Below are positions 1 through 7,517 of a stretch of DNA of 18,670 nt, piece after piece. This stretch comes from a bacterium (GTDB lineage: Bacteria > Hinthialibacterota > Hinthialibacteria > Hinthialibacterales > Hinthialibacteraceae), in assembly GCA_041946805.1 (NCBI GenBank), contig JBHGBC010000119.1, forward strand, positions 1 through 18,670. Direction: 5' to 3'. The number at the start of each line of letters is the position of its first letter. The first letter of the stretch is position 1. The notes beneath the pieces were generated by a model. It had not been told where the DNA came from. It saw only the letters and a program-made list of their open reading frames with translations, and ran no database searches. The position numbers and the translations under genes were made by a program.

Positions 1-1
1 C

Positions 2-1330
2 CGTGGCGTAGGTGGTTTCATCCACCGGCCAGGTCATATATTGGTTGCCGCCGAGGTCGGTGAACATTTCCCGGACGCCGGGGCTGACCTGAAACTCCTT
101 CAAGACGGCATAGGATTCCTTCACGAAACGCATGCCCAGATATACGGAACGCTGGCCGTTGGGATAATCGGGAACATCGTCAATGATATAGTTGACCTGT
201 TGCCCCGCGGTGACCGTGATTTTCCCCAGCTGCACTTCATAGTCGTTATACCCGGGCGTGCCCTTGAATTCCCCGTCTCCCGCCACCCAGGTTTTCAACG
301 CCTCCCCCTCTTGGGCGGTCTGGAGCGGATTGGGATTGGCGAGATTGTCCTCGGGCGTCGACGCGCCCGTGTCGCCGATGCTGGCGTACACATTATAAGT
401 TCCCGCCTGGGCGAAGATGACGCTGGTTTTCAGCGTGGGCGCGTCCTCGGGTCCGTTGGGATAGGCTTCCAGGATCGGCCCATACGGTCCGAGGTTCTGC
501 CGGATATTCCATTTGTTGTCGGTGCCCGAGTTCGCGTTGATGGTCAGCCAGGAATCCACCGTGGCGTAGGTGGTTTCATCCACCGGCCCGGTACGGAACT
601 TGTTGCCGCTTACATCAGTGGTCCATTCTTGCGCGCCGGGGCTGACCTGGATTTCCGAAAGCCCGCCGCTCAACTCGATCACGCGCAGCGATACGCCCTG
701 GAACGTGGAGGTGACGTAAATTTCGGAACTGAGGTTGAATTTTTCGAAGGGTGTGTCATCGACCCGGACTTTGACTTTCCCCCCGGCCTCGACCGTGACT
801 TCCCCCAGGGACACGGAATACCAAAACATGCCGCCCGAGGTCGTCCCTCCCACAATGGGATAACCCGGTGTCGTTCCCCCGGTCGCCCGCGTGGAGTTGG
901 AAGCCGAATAAAGCACTAAGGGCGCGTCGCCCAACGCCGCCTGAATCGGCCCCGTATCCGGCGCGTCGTTGGAATCGAGAAATTTGAAGATCACTTCGTA
1001 TTTGCCCGCCATGGCCACGGTGATTTCCATGGTCAGCTCCGGCGCGTCCTCCCCGAAACCCGGCGCGTGCGACACCAACAGGACGTTGCCCGCTTCCTGG
1101 TACTTCAGCCACTTGTTGTCCTCGTCAAAATAAACGTCCTGCAACTCTTCGTTGCCGAACAAACGCGGATCGATGGCGTCTTCGGGAGTGATTTTATGGG
1201 TGTTGCCGAACCGGTCCGGCTCCCCGCTGAAATCCCCGGCCGAGAAATAAAACGTGATATCCTGCGCGCCGGCGTTCCCTCCCAGCCATCCAACGAACAA
1301 TAACCATCCCAACATTGGATAAAGTCTCAT
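2..1330 (-). CDS. Secreted protein with ~186-aa tandem repeat domains (partial, runs off the left edge)
   Basis: Hand translation: ATG at 1330 preceded by GGAGG, open with no stop to position 2. It begins MRLYPMLGWLLFVGWLGGNAGAQDITFYF (signal peptide, AGA/Q). Repeated motifs: EDAPELTMEITVAMAGKYEV vs EDAPTLKTSVIFAQAGTYNV, LGEVTVEAGGKVKVRVDD vs LGKITVTAGQQVNYIIDD, and PVDETTYAT twice. Confidence 0.85.
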   Translation of the reverse strand, partial: MRLYPMLGWLLFVGWLGGNAGAQDITFYFSAGDFSGEPDRFGNTHKITPEDAIDPRLFGNEELQDVYFDEDNKWLKYQEAGNVLLVSHAPGFGEDAPELTMEITVAMAGKYEVIFKFLDSNDAPDTGPIQAALGDAPLVLYSASNSTRATGGTTPGYPIVGGTTSGGMFWYSVSLGEVTVEAGGKVKVRVDDTPFEKFNLSSEIYVTSTFQGVSLRVIELSGGLSEIQVSPGAQEWTTDVSGNKFRTGPVDETTYATVDSWLTINANSGTDNKWNIRQNLGPYGPILEAYPNGPEDAPTLKTSVIFAQAGTYNVYASIGDTGASTPEDNLANPNPLQTAQEGEALKTWVAGDGEFKGTPGYNDYEVQLGKITVTAGQQVNYIIDDVPDYPNGQRSVYLGMRFVKESYAVLKEFQVSPGVREMFTDLGGNQYMTWPVDETTYAT

Positions 1331-1445
1331 AATCGTGCACCTCCCCTTGATCTTTGGTTTACCCGAAGTGAGAACATGGCAGTGAGAACGCCTGACTCTT
1401 CACTTCACTTTTCCGGATGGATGTATGGCTCCTCCTCTTCCTCTT

Positions 1446-1476
1446 CCCTCACCCTGGACCTCTCCCGGGGGGAGAG
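1446..1476 (-). repeat. REP-like palindrome of the CCCTCTCCC-N3-GGGAGAGGGCCAGGGTGAGGG family (reverse orientation, degenerate)
   Basis: ccctcaccctggacctctcccggggggagag is close to the reverse complement of the copies at 5346 and 5522. Confidence 0.7.
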
Positions 1477-1496
1477 AAAATCGCATATGAAAAAAA

Positions 1497-1530
1497 GTAG
1501 GGCGGAGTGGCGTTGTACGCAACTCACCCC
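1497..1530 (+). repeat. Degenerate GTAG-type REP
   Basis: GTAG followed by the imperfect hairpin ggcggagtggcgttgtacgcaactcacccc, with the same layout as 7411-7445. Confidence 0.45.
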
Positions 1531-1640
1531 GTATTTCTACTCCGGCGTTCTCGTTGGGGCGCGCTCCAACGGGTCTCCTGCTTTCCGGTCCTGCTTCATC
1601 ATGCGCCTGCCTGCGGCATCGATATCGTACTGGATAAACA

Positions 1641-2294
1641 TCACCCCCCTCGCATCGTGATATCGCCCTTGCTGGTCAATCCGTTGGTGGCGTCATACGG
1701 CAATCCGCGGATCAACTCCGCCCCGCCCAATTCTTCCGCCGTGGTGTCCGGCCCCAGGCCGAGCAACACCCATTGGTTCTCCATGAGGGGACGCAATCCG
1801 AACCGCGGGGCGTTTTCCGGCCACAGCGCCGCGAAATTGTGATCGTTCCCGGGGATCACCGCCTCGTTGTCGCCGTAGAAATACGTCCCCGCGAGGGCGG
1901 TCACCAGCCGGTCACTGGTGTTGACGAGCTTTCCAAAAAAGGGATCGTTCGGAATGGCGGCGATGTACGCCACCGGACTGGTGAGATTGCCCAGAATGCA
2001 CTTCTGGTTGCGCACGGCGTCGTCCAGGTTGCCGGGAGAGCAAAATCCCCATTTTTTCAGCCGCTCCAACGCCTGGGGATCGCCCTCATCCCAAAAATCG
2101 ACCAGCAGGTTGTTTTGCTCGAGACGGAAGGATTCGATGGCCGTGCCCAGTGAGCGCATATCAGCCTGCGCGCGGGCGATCTTCGCCCGGATCTGCGCGT
2201 TGAGAAAATTGGGCACGGCGATGGCGGCGAGAATGCCGATGATGGCCACCACAATTAAAAGCTCGATCAATGTGAAAGCCGCACGGCCGCCCAT
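1641..2294 (-). CDS. Prepilin-type N-terminal cleavage/methylation domain protein (type IV pilin/pseudopilin-like), paralog 1
   Basis: MGGRAA/FTLIELLIVVAIIGILAAIAVPNF is a class III signal with Glu5. ATG at 2294 has GGGGAAG upstream. C-terminus is YDATNGLTSKGDI. Confidence 0.9.
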   Translation of the reverse strand: MGGRAAFTLIELLIVVAIIGILAAIAVPNFLNAQIRAKIARAQADMRSLGTAIESFRLEQNNLLVDFWDEGDPQALERLKKWGFCSPGNLDDAVRNQKCILGNLTSPVAYIAAIPNDPFFGKLVNTSDRLVTALAGTYFYGDNEAVIPGNDHNFAALWPENAPRFGLRPLMENQWVLLGLGPDTTAEELGGAELIRGLPYDATNGLTSKGDITMRGG

Positions 2295-2350
2295 TTTACT
2301 TCCCCAATCATATCTCAATAACAATAAAATTCATTCCAAAGATCGATCGA

Positions 2351-2379
2351 AACCTACCACGCGCCCTCTTGCCTGTCAA
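2351..2379 (-). promoter_or_regulatory. Putative sigma70 promoter of prepilin gene 1
   Basis: Minus strand TTGACA-17 bp-TAGGTT with an extended -10 TGn. Confidence 0.55.
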
Positions 2380-2551
2380 GTTAATTCCAATCGATCGATG
2401 CTCCACATCCTCCTGCGCCCCAGGACCCTCTCGGGGATGGTTCCCCAGCAAACTGGAATTTCAATCCTGGGCATTGAGCCTTCGTTGTGCGCAATTTTCA
2501 GATGAATCCGGAAGACCGGCCCCAATTTCCCTCTCCCTCCCCACTTTTTTC

Positions 2552-2580
2552 TTGACAATCCCTCCTCTCTCTTGTATACT
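2552..2580 (+). promoter_or_regulatory. Sigma70 promoter of umuD
   Basis: TTGACA (2552-2557), 17 bp, TATACT (2575-2580). Confidence 0.8.
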
Positions 2581-2596
2581 GAACACTTGTTCAGTA
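2577..2596. promoter_or_regulatory. Putative LexA (SOS) operator overlapping the -10 element and start site
   Basis: Palindrome TACTGAACA-CT-TGTTCAGTA upstream of umuD. It contains GAAC-N4-GTTC and TACTG-N10-CAGTA. Confidence 0.8.
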
Positions 2597-2636
2597 ATCG
2601 GATGTCTTGATTTGCCTTGGGAGAGCACGGGCGGCG

Positions 2637-3074
2637 ATGCGGCGAAACGCGCGGATCACCGGAATTTACGCCCTGGACGGGCGGGCGGGGGAAGCCATTC
2701 CCTTGGTCCAATCGTTTGTGCCCGCCGGGTTTCCTTCGCCCGCCGACGACTACGTCGAGAAAGACCTGGACCTCAACGAATACCTGGTGCGCAACCCGGC
2801 GGCCACCTTTTTCGTCCGGGTGGCGGGCGATTCGATGATCGGCGCGGGCATTCACCACGGCGACATCCTGATCGTGGACCGCTCGCGGGACGCGGAGCCG
2901 GGGCGGGTGGTGATCGCGGTGGTGGAAGGCGAGATGCTGGTCAAGCGCCTCCGCCGCCTCCGGGGCCGCCTGGCGCTGCTGTCCGAAAACGAAAATTTCC
3001 CGCCCCTGGAACTGCGCGAGGGCGTGGATCTGGCCATTTGGGGAGTGGTCACCTATGCCATCCACCCGTTGTAG
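2637..3074 (+). CDS. umuD: Translesion DNA polymerase V autoproteolytic subunit UmuD (peptidase S24)
   Basis: VPA/GFPSPADDY cleavage site, catalytic Ser in GDSM and Lys in VKRL. No N-terminal HTH, so not LexA. umuC lies downstream. Confidence 0.93.
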   Translation: MRRNARITGIYALDGRAGEAIPLVQSFVPAGFPSPADDYVEKDLDLNEYLVRNPAATFFVRVAGDSMIGAGIHHGDILIVDRSRDAEPGRVVIAVVEGEMLVKRLRRLRGRLALLSENENFPPLELREGVDLAIWGVVTYAIHPL

Positions 3075-3106
3075 GTCCGGTGGCATGATGGCAAGAAAAA
3101 GACGCC

Positions 3107-3130
3107 CTCCCCGCGAAAGCGGGGATCCAG
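3107..3130 (+). repeat. REP-like hairpin CCCCGC-GAAA-GCGGGG-ATCCAG
   Basis: Perfect 6-bp stem with a GAAA loop followed by ATCCA, resembling the widespread 'TCCCGCGAAAGCGGGAATCCA' repeat type. Single copy in this window. Confidence 0.5.
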
Positions 3131-3186
3131 GAGACGGCGGGATTATCTCCCCAACCGGAGGAGAAAAACGTATTTTGGGTCACGTC

Positions 3187-3828
3187 CGCGGCTTCCATCC
3201 CCGCAGGGGATTCATGTGAATAGCCGTAGGCGCCAGCCTACGGAAAGTGAGAAAAACGAATACCAACCCTGAAAGGGTTGAATGACCATGGCGGCCTTCA
3301 CGCAAATCATTTACCACATCGTATTTTCCACCAAGGATCGGGTTCCTTGCTTGCAGGAAAGCCAACGCGAGGATCTGTTTCGTTATATATGGGGCATTGT
3401 GAAGAATAAGAGATGCTATTTGTACCGGATCAACAGGGTGGAAGATCATCTCCATCTTTTGACGAGTATCCATCCCAGTACATGCCTGTCGGATTTTATC
3501 AAAGACATCAAGTTGGGAACGTCAAAATGGATCAAAGAAAACCGGATTTTTCCTTCTTTTTCCTATTGGCAGGAGGGATATGGCGCTTTTACCTATTCCT
3601 CCAAGGAAATGACGCACCTTGTCGAATACATCAAGAAACAAAAAGAGCATCATGCCCGAATCTCCTTTCGCGATGAATTGAAAGCGTTGTTGATGGAACA
3701 TGGGATTGCGTTTAACGAAAACGATCTGCTCTGAACTCATTCAACCCCTCCGGGGTTGGGATTGATTCTTTACGAAACCAGAGACGGCCGCCTACGGCTA
3801 TTCACATGGGATCCCTTCGGGATCCGCG
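3187..3828 (+). mobile_element. IS200/IS605-like or REPtron-like element: tnpA flanked by ~95-bp structured inverted ends
   Basis: Perfect 20-bp inverted repeat 3213-3232 / 3789-3808, plus 3277-3285 / 3737-3745, and mirrored hairpins at 3197-3211 / 3809-3825 and 3264-3280 / 3742-3758. Visibly more AT-rich than umuD and umuC. Exact boundaries are uncertain. Confidence 0.8.
3282..3734 (+). CDS. tnpA: IS200/IS605-family HUH (Y1) transposase TnpA
   Basis: YHIVFSTKDR N-terminus, HUH motif DHLH, WQEGYGAF, and catalytic YxxxQ (YIKKQ). About 150 aa. Alternative ATG at 3288. Confidence 0.93.
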   Translation: MTMAAFTQIIYHIVFSTKDRVPCLQESQREDLFRYIWGIVKNKRCYLYRINRVEDHLHLLTSIHPSTCLSDFIKDIKLGTSKWIKENRIFPSFSYWQEGYGAFTYSSKEMTHLVEYIKKQKEHHARISFRDELKALLMEHGIAFNENDLL

Positions 3829-3870
3829 CCAGGCGGCCGGCATATCAAGGCAACCCTGGACGCGTGTCTC

Positions 3871-5253
3871 ATGACGCTGGATCGAAACAAATCGCTTCCT
3901 CTTTCCGCCGCGAACCCGCGCCGCGCCGTCCGCCCGGCCCTCGCCCTGGTGGATTGCAACAACTTCTACGTTTCCTGCGAGCGCGTGTTCCAACCGGCGT
4001 TGGAAAACCGCCCCGTGGTGGTGCTCTCCAACAACGACGGCTGCCTCATCGCCCGCTCCAACGAGGCCAAGGCCCTGGGCCTCCAAATGGGCGACCCGTT
4101 TTTCCAGGTCCAGGATTTCCTGCGCCGCGCCGGGGTGCAATTCCGCTCGTCCAATTACGCCCTCTACGGCGACCTGTCCCAGCGGGTGATGGCCACGCTG
4201 GCGCGGTTTTCGCCGGAACTGGAGGTGTACTCCATCGACGAGGCTTTTCTCAACCTCACGGGAGTGGTCAGGCGCGCGGCGGACGAGGCCGGGACGCTGG
4301 AAGCCTACGCCCGCCGCATCCGCGCGACCGTCAAGCAATGGACCGGCATCCCCGTCTCCGTCGGGATCGCCGAGACCAAGACCCTGGCCAAGATCGCCAA
4401 CCGGGTGGCCAAGAAATCCAAGGACCGGCGGGGCGTCTTCAACCTGCGCGACGCCCCCGGACGCGAGGCCATCCTGGCGGCGGTGGCCGTCGAAGACGTG
4501 TGGGGCATCGGGCCCCGCTACGCCTGGCGGCTGCGGGCGCGCGGCGTCACCAACGCCCTCCACCTGCGCGAGGCGGACGAACGCTGGATTCAACACGAGA
4601 TGGGCATGGGCATCGTCGGCGTGCGCCTGGTGTTGGAACTGCGCGGCATCCCCTGCCTGCCTCTCGACCTGCGCCCGGCCCCCAAAAAGGAAATCGCCTG
4701 CTCGCGCTCGTTCGGCGAACCCATCACCGCCCTGGCCGATCTGCGCGAGGCCACCGCGGCCTACGTCAGCCGGGCCGCCGAAAAGGCCCGGCGGCAAAAC
4801 TCCCTGGTCCAAACCATGACCCTGTACCTGATGACCAACCCCTTCAAGAACGAGCGCCAATACTTCAACTCGGCCGTGATCCACTTCGCCGTGCCCACCG
4901 CCAGCACGCCGGAAATGATCCGCGCCTCCCGCCACGCCCTGGAGGCCATCTACCGCCCCGGCTTCCGCTACAAAAAGACCGGCGTCGTCCTCACCGGACT
5001 GCTGCCCGGCGGTTTCTACCAGCCGGACCTCTTCGAGGCGGGAGACGAACGCGAGCGTGAGACGCGCCTCATGCGGGTCATCGACCGCGTCAATGCCCGC
5101 CTGGGAGCCGGCACGCTCCGCTACGCCGCCACCGGCATCCGCCCCCGCCCCTGGCGCATGCGCCGCCAACACACCTCCCCCGCGTTCACCACCTCCTGGA
5201 ACGAACTCGCCGAAGTCCGCGCCGGCCCCCTTGATTACGAGGAAGGCGGATGA
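3871..5253 (+). CDS. umuC: Y-family DNA polymerase UmuC (with DUF4113-like C-terminus)
   Basis: [55 protein letters not shown], and C-terminal [19 protein letters not shown]. Confidence 0.95.
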   Translation: MTLDRNKSLPLSAANPRRAVRPALALVDCNNFYVSCERVFQPALENRPVVVLSNNDGCLIARSNEAKALGLQMGDPFFQVQDFLRRAGVQFRSSNYALYGDLSQRVMATLARFSPELEVYSIDEAFLNLTGVVRRAADEAGTLEAYARRIRATVKQWTGIPVSVGIAETKTLAKIANRVAKKSKDRRGVFNLRDAPGREAILAAVAVEDVWGIGPRYAWRLRARGVTNALHLREADERWIQHEMGMGIVGVRLVLELRGIPCLPLDLRPAPKKEIACSRSFGEPITALADLREATAAYVSRAAEKARRQNSLVQTMTLYLMTNPFKNERQYFNSAVIHFAVPTASTPEMIRASRHALEAIYRPGFRYKKTGVVLTGLLPGGFYQPDLFEAGDERERETRLMRVIDRVNARLGAGTLRYAATGIRPRPWRMRRQHTSPAFTTSWNELAEVRAGPLDYEEGG

Positions 5254-5345
5254 GGAAAGATGATTCATCCGGTAAGTGCCTACTTTTACTTCCGAAAACG
5301 CGGCCCGTTCTCAATCAGACTGTTTCGAGAGATCAAACCCAAATC

Positions 5346-5643
5346 CCCTCTCCCTCTGGGAGAGGGCCAGGGTGAGGGTCATTCCGGATAGGCGTGCCGC
5401 ACGGACTCCCTCTCCCCTTGGAAGAATGCCGGGCGGCGGAAATCCCGCGCCCCTTTCAAGGGGCCGCCTATAATAGCCCAGGGTTTCAACCCTGGGCATA
5501 TCAACCCTGGGTAGAAGACTTCCCTCTCCCTCAGGGAGAGGGCCAGGGTGAGGGAAAAAAGCCCCGCCGGGGCGTATCCCTGCTTTAGCCAGGGGTAAAA
5601 CCCCTGGCGCTGGATTTTGGCCGCCAGGGGTAAAATCCCTGGT
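5346..5643 (+). repeat. Mosaic REP cluster between convergent genes
   Basis: CCCTCTCCC-N3-GGGAGAGGGCCAGGGTGAGGG at 5346 and 5522. Hairpin plus TAG-CCCAGGGTTTCAACCCTGGG at 5449-5496. GCCCC-GCC-GGGGC plus TAG-CCAGGGGTAAAACCCCTGG at 5561-5607, with a second hairpin at 5624. Confidence 0.85.
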
Positions 5644-5648
5644 ATAAC

Positions 5649-7361
5649 TCACTTCCCGGAGGATTCGGCGTACTCCACTTCCCCGCCGTTTTTCCTCACG
5701 ATCGCCTGCCGGTTGATTGGAATGTCCTTGAATTCCCTTTGCGTTCCATCCGGCCAACGGACCTGGATGCTTTTGATGTGTTGATCTTTCCCCAGGCCGA
5801 AATGCAGCGCGGCGCTGCTTTGCGACAAGAAACTGGCGCTGGAATACAGTTCCGCGATCTGGGTCCGCGACTCGCTTTTTAACTGGACGCGCGCGCCGTA
5901 GGCCGGCATGCCCCGCTCATCCTGAATGCGCAACTCGAGCCAGTTCCCGCCGGGACTCTGATTCTCGAGAAACAGGGGCGTCGAATCCAGATTGTTGATT
6001 ATAATATCCAGGTCGCCGTCCCGGTCGAAATCGGCGGAGGCGCAGCCCCGCGACACCTTCTTCAAGGAGGCGGCCGGACCGTACTGGCCGGACACGTTCT
6101 TGAATTTCCCTTTCCCCTGGTTCTGAAACAGCAAACTGGTCTGGGCGTATCCCAGAAAAATATCCAATAGTTGATCGGTGATGGGATACACATGGCCGGT
6201 CGCCACGAACATGTCGTTCCACGAATCGTTGTTCAAATCCTCCAGCAACAGGCCGAAACTGACATACGGCCGCGTGCCCTGGGCGATGCCGGAAACGAAC
6301 GAGGCGTCGGTGAACTGTAAGCGCCCGTCGTTGCGGTACAAAATGTTGTACTCGTCCTGGTAATTGGCCACGGCGATGTCCAGGTCGAGGTCCCCATCCA
6401 CATCGCAAACCGCCGCGCCCATCCCCCCTTGCTCTTCGCCGTTTTCGTCCAGCCCGGCGTTGGCCAACAGCGCGATATCCTCGAAAAAGCCCTTCCCGTC
6501 ATTCTCGAACAGGTGATTCGCGTTGGTATCGTTGGCGACATAAATATCGAGATCGCCGTCGTCGTCCAGGTCCGAAAACAACACGGTGAAGCCCCGCCCG
6601 GGCGGGCACGCCTGGATGCCGCGCTCCTTGGATACATCGATGAATCGGCCGTGCCCGTCGTTCAGGAACAAGTTGTCATCCGCCGGTTCATAGGCGGAAG
6701 GGCCGATGAATGCCACCCGCCCATGGAACGGGGCCATCTTGCCTTTCCTCTCCGCGATTTCGGTGGAAAAAACCGCGTAGTTCGCCACATAGAGGTCCAG
6801 AAACCCGTCTCCGTTGATATCCGCGAAGGCCGCGCCGGTGCTCCATCCCGGATTCTGCGCACCCCCCGCGCCGGGAACCGCGGAAAAATGTCCCTGGCCG
6901 TCGTTGATGTACAACTGGTTGGGACCATAGTTGGTCAGATAACAATCCAGGTCGCCGTCGTTGTCCACATCGGCGAAATACGCTCCGGTGCCGAATCCGG
7001 TATCCCCCAGCCCGCTGGCGTCCGTGCCGTCCTGGAACGTGCCGTCGCGCTGGTTGATGAACAACTGGTTGCGCGGCAGCGGATCCGGACCTCCGCCTTG
7101 AAGCGGCGCGCCGTTGACGAGGTAAATGTCATCCCACCCGTCCCCGTTGACATCGGCCACGGCCACGCCCGCCCCCTTGGCCTCCACGATGTATTCTTTT
7201 TCCAACGATCCATTCCGTTGTAAGAAAATGATCCCCCGCTCCTTGGCGTTCTCCACGAATTGAAACTGCGGGAACGCGGCGGGAGATGGCCATAACGCGA
7301 TGAGGACGGTTACGGGAAGTGTATAAATCATCCGAGGATGACGGCGGCTTTGCCTCGACAC
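5649..7361 (-). CDS. CRTAC1-family protein (FG-GAP/VCBS repeats plus ASPIC/UnbV C-terminal domain)
   Basis: Multiple DxN/DxDGxxD repeats (DVNGDGWDD, DVDNDGDLD, DINGDGFLD, DFDRDGDLD) and C-terminal LHFGLG...VRWPDG. Signal peptide present. GTG start preceded by AAGGAG. Confidence 0.92.
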   Translation of the reverse strand: MSRQSRRHPRMIYTLPVTVLIALWPSPAAFPQFQFVENAKERGIIFLQRNGSLEKEYIVEAKGAGVAVADVNGDGWDDIYLVNGAPLQGGGPDPLPRNQLFINQRDGTFQDGTDASGLGDTGFGTGAYFADVDNDGDLDCYLTNYGPNQLYINDGQGHFSAVPGAGGAQNPGWSTGAAFADINGDGFLDLYVANYAVFSTEIAERKGKMAPFHGRVAFIGPSAYEPADDNLFLNDGHGRFIDVSKERGIQACPPGRGFTVLFSDLDDDGDLDIYVANDTNANHLFENDGKGFFEDIALLANAGLDENGEEQGGMGAAVCDVDGDLDLDIAVANYQDEYNILYRNDGRLQFTDASFVSGIAQGTRPYVSFGLLLEDLNNDSWNDMFVATGHVYPITDQLLDIFLGYAQTSLLFQNQGKGKFKNVSGQYGPAASLKKVSRGCASADFDRDGDLDIIINNLDSTPLFLENQSPGGNWLELRIQDERGMPAYGARVQLKSESRTQIAELYSSASFLSQSSAALHFGLGKDQHIKSIQVRWPDGTQREFKDIPINRQAIVRKNGGEVEYAESSGK

Positions 7362-7410
7362 GGCAATTCTCCTTTAGGATTCACCCGGGAAATGAGTGCG
7401 CGATAGAAAT

Positions 7411-7445
7411 GTAGGATGGGTTAGCGCGGCAGCGCATAACCCATC
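7411..7445 (+). repeat. GTAG-type REP
   Basis: GTAG-GATGGGTTA-GCGC-GGCA-GCGC-A-TAACCCATC: the tetranucleotide plus imperfect palindrome typical of RAYT-associated REPs. Confidence 0.8.
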
Positions 7446-7456
7446 ACCCTCTTGGT

Positions 7457-7491
7457 CATCCTGACCATCCTGACCATCCTGATTCAGACAA
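7457..7491 (+). repeat. 9-nt tandem repeat (CATCCTGAC x2 plus CATCCTGAT) ending TCAGACAA
   Basis: Read directly: catcctgac catcctgac catcctgat tcagacaa. Confidence 0.7.
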
Positions 7492-7517
7492 TACCCTCCC
7501 GCTTCTGCTCCCTCTCC

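Noticed and set aside
41..919. 292-aa plus-strand ORF, and small ORFs to 1303
   Set aside because: Antisense shadow of the real minus-strand gene starting at 1330, which has an RBS, a signal peptide and repeat domains.
1490..1560. tRNA-like sequence
   Set aside because: No T-loop GTTC arm in a cloverleaf context. Better explained as a decayed GTAG REP.
2637..3074. LexA repressor call
   Set aside because: No N-terminal winged-helix domain. Length, the AGFPSPA motif and linkage to umuC indicate UmuD.
3735..3870. tnpB or omega-RNA downstream of tnpA
   Set aside because: No RuvC-like ORF. The segment is explained by the right inverted end.
3756..5268. 434-aa (+) and 488-aa (-) ORFs overlapping umuC
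   Set aside because: Alternative-frame or antisense ORFs expected in high-GC coding DNA, with no recognisable motifs.
5276..5757. Small ORFs including the PLSLWERARVRV peptide
   Set aside because: Translations of REP palindromes, not credible proteins.
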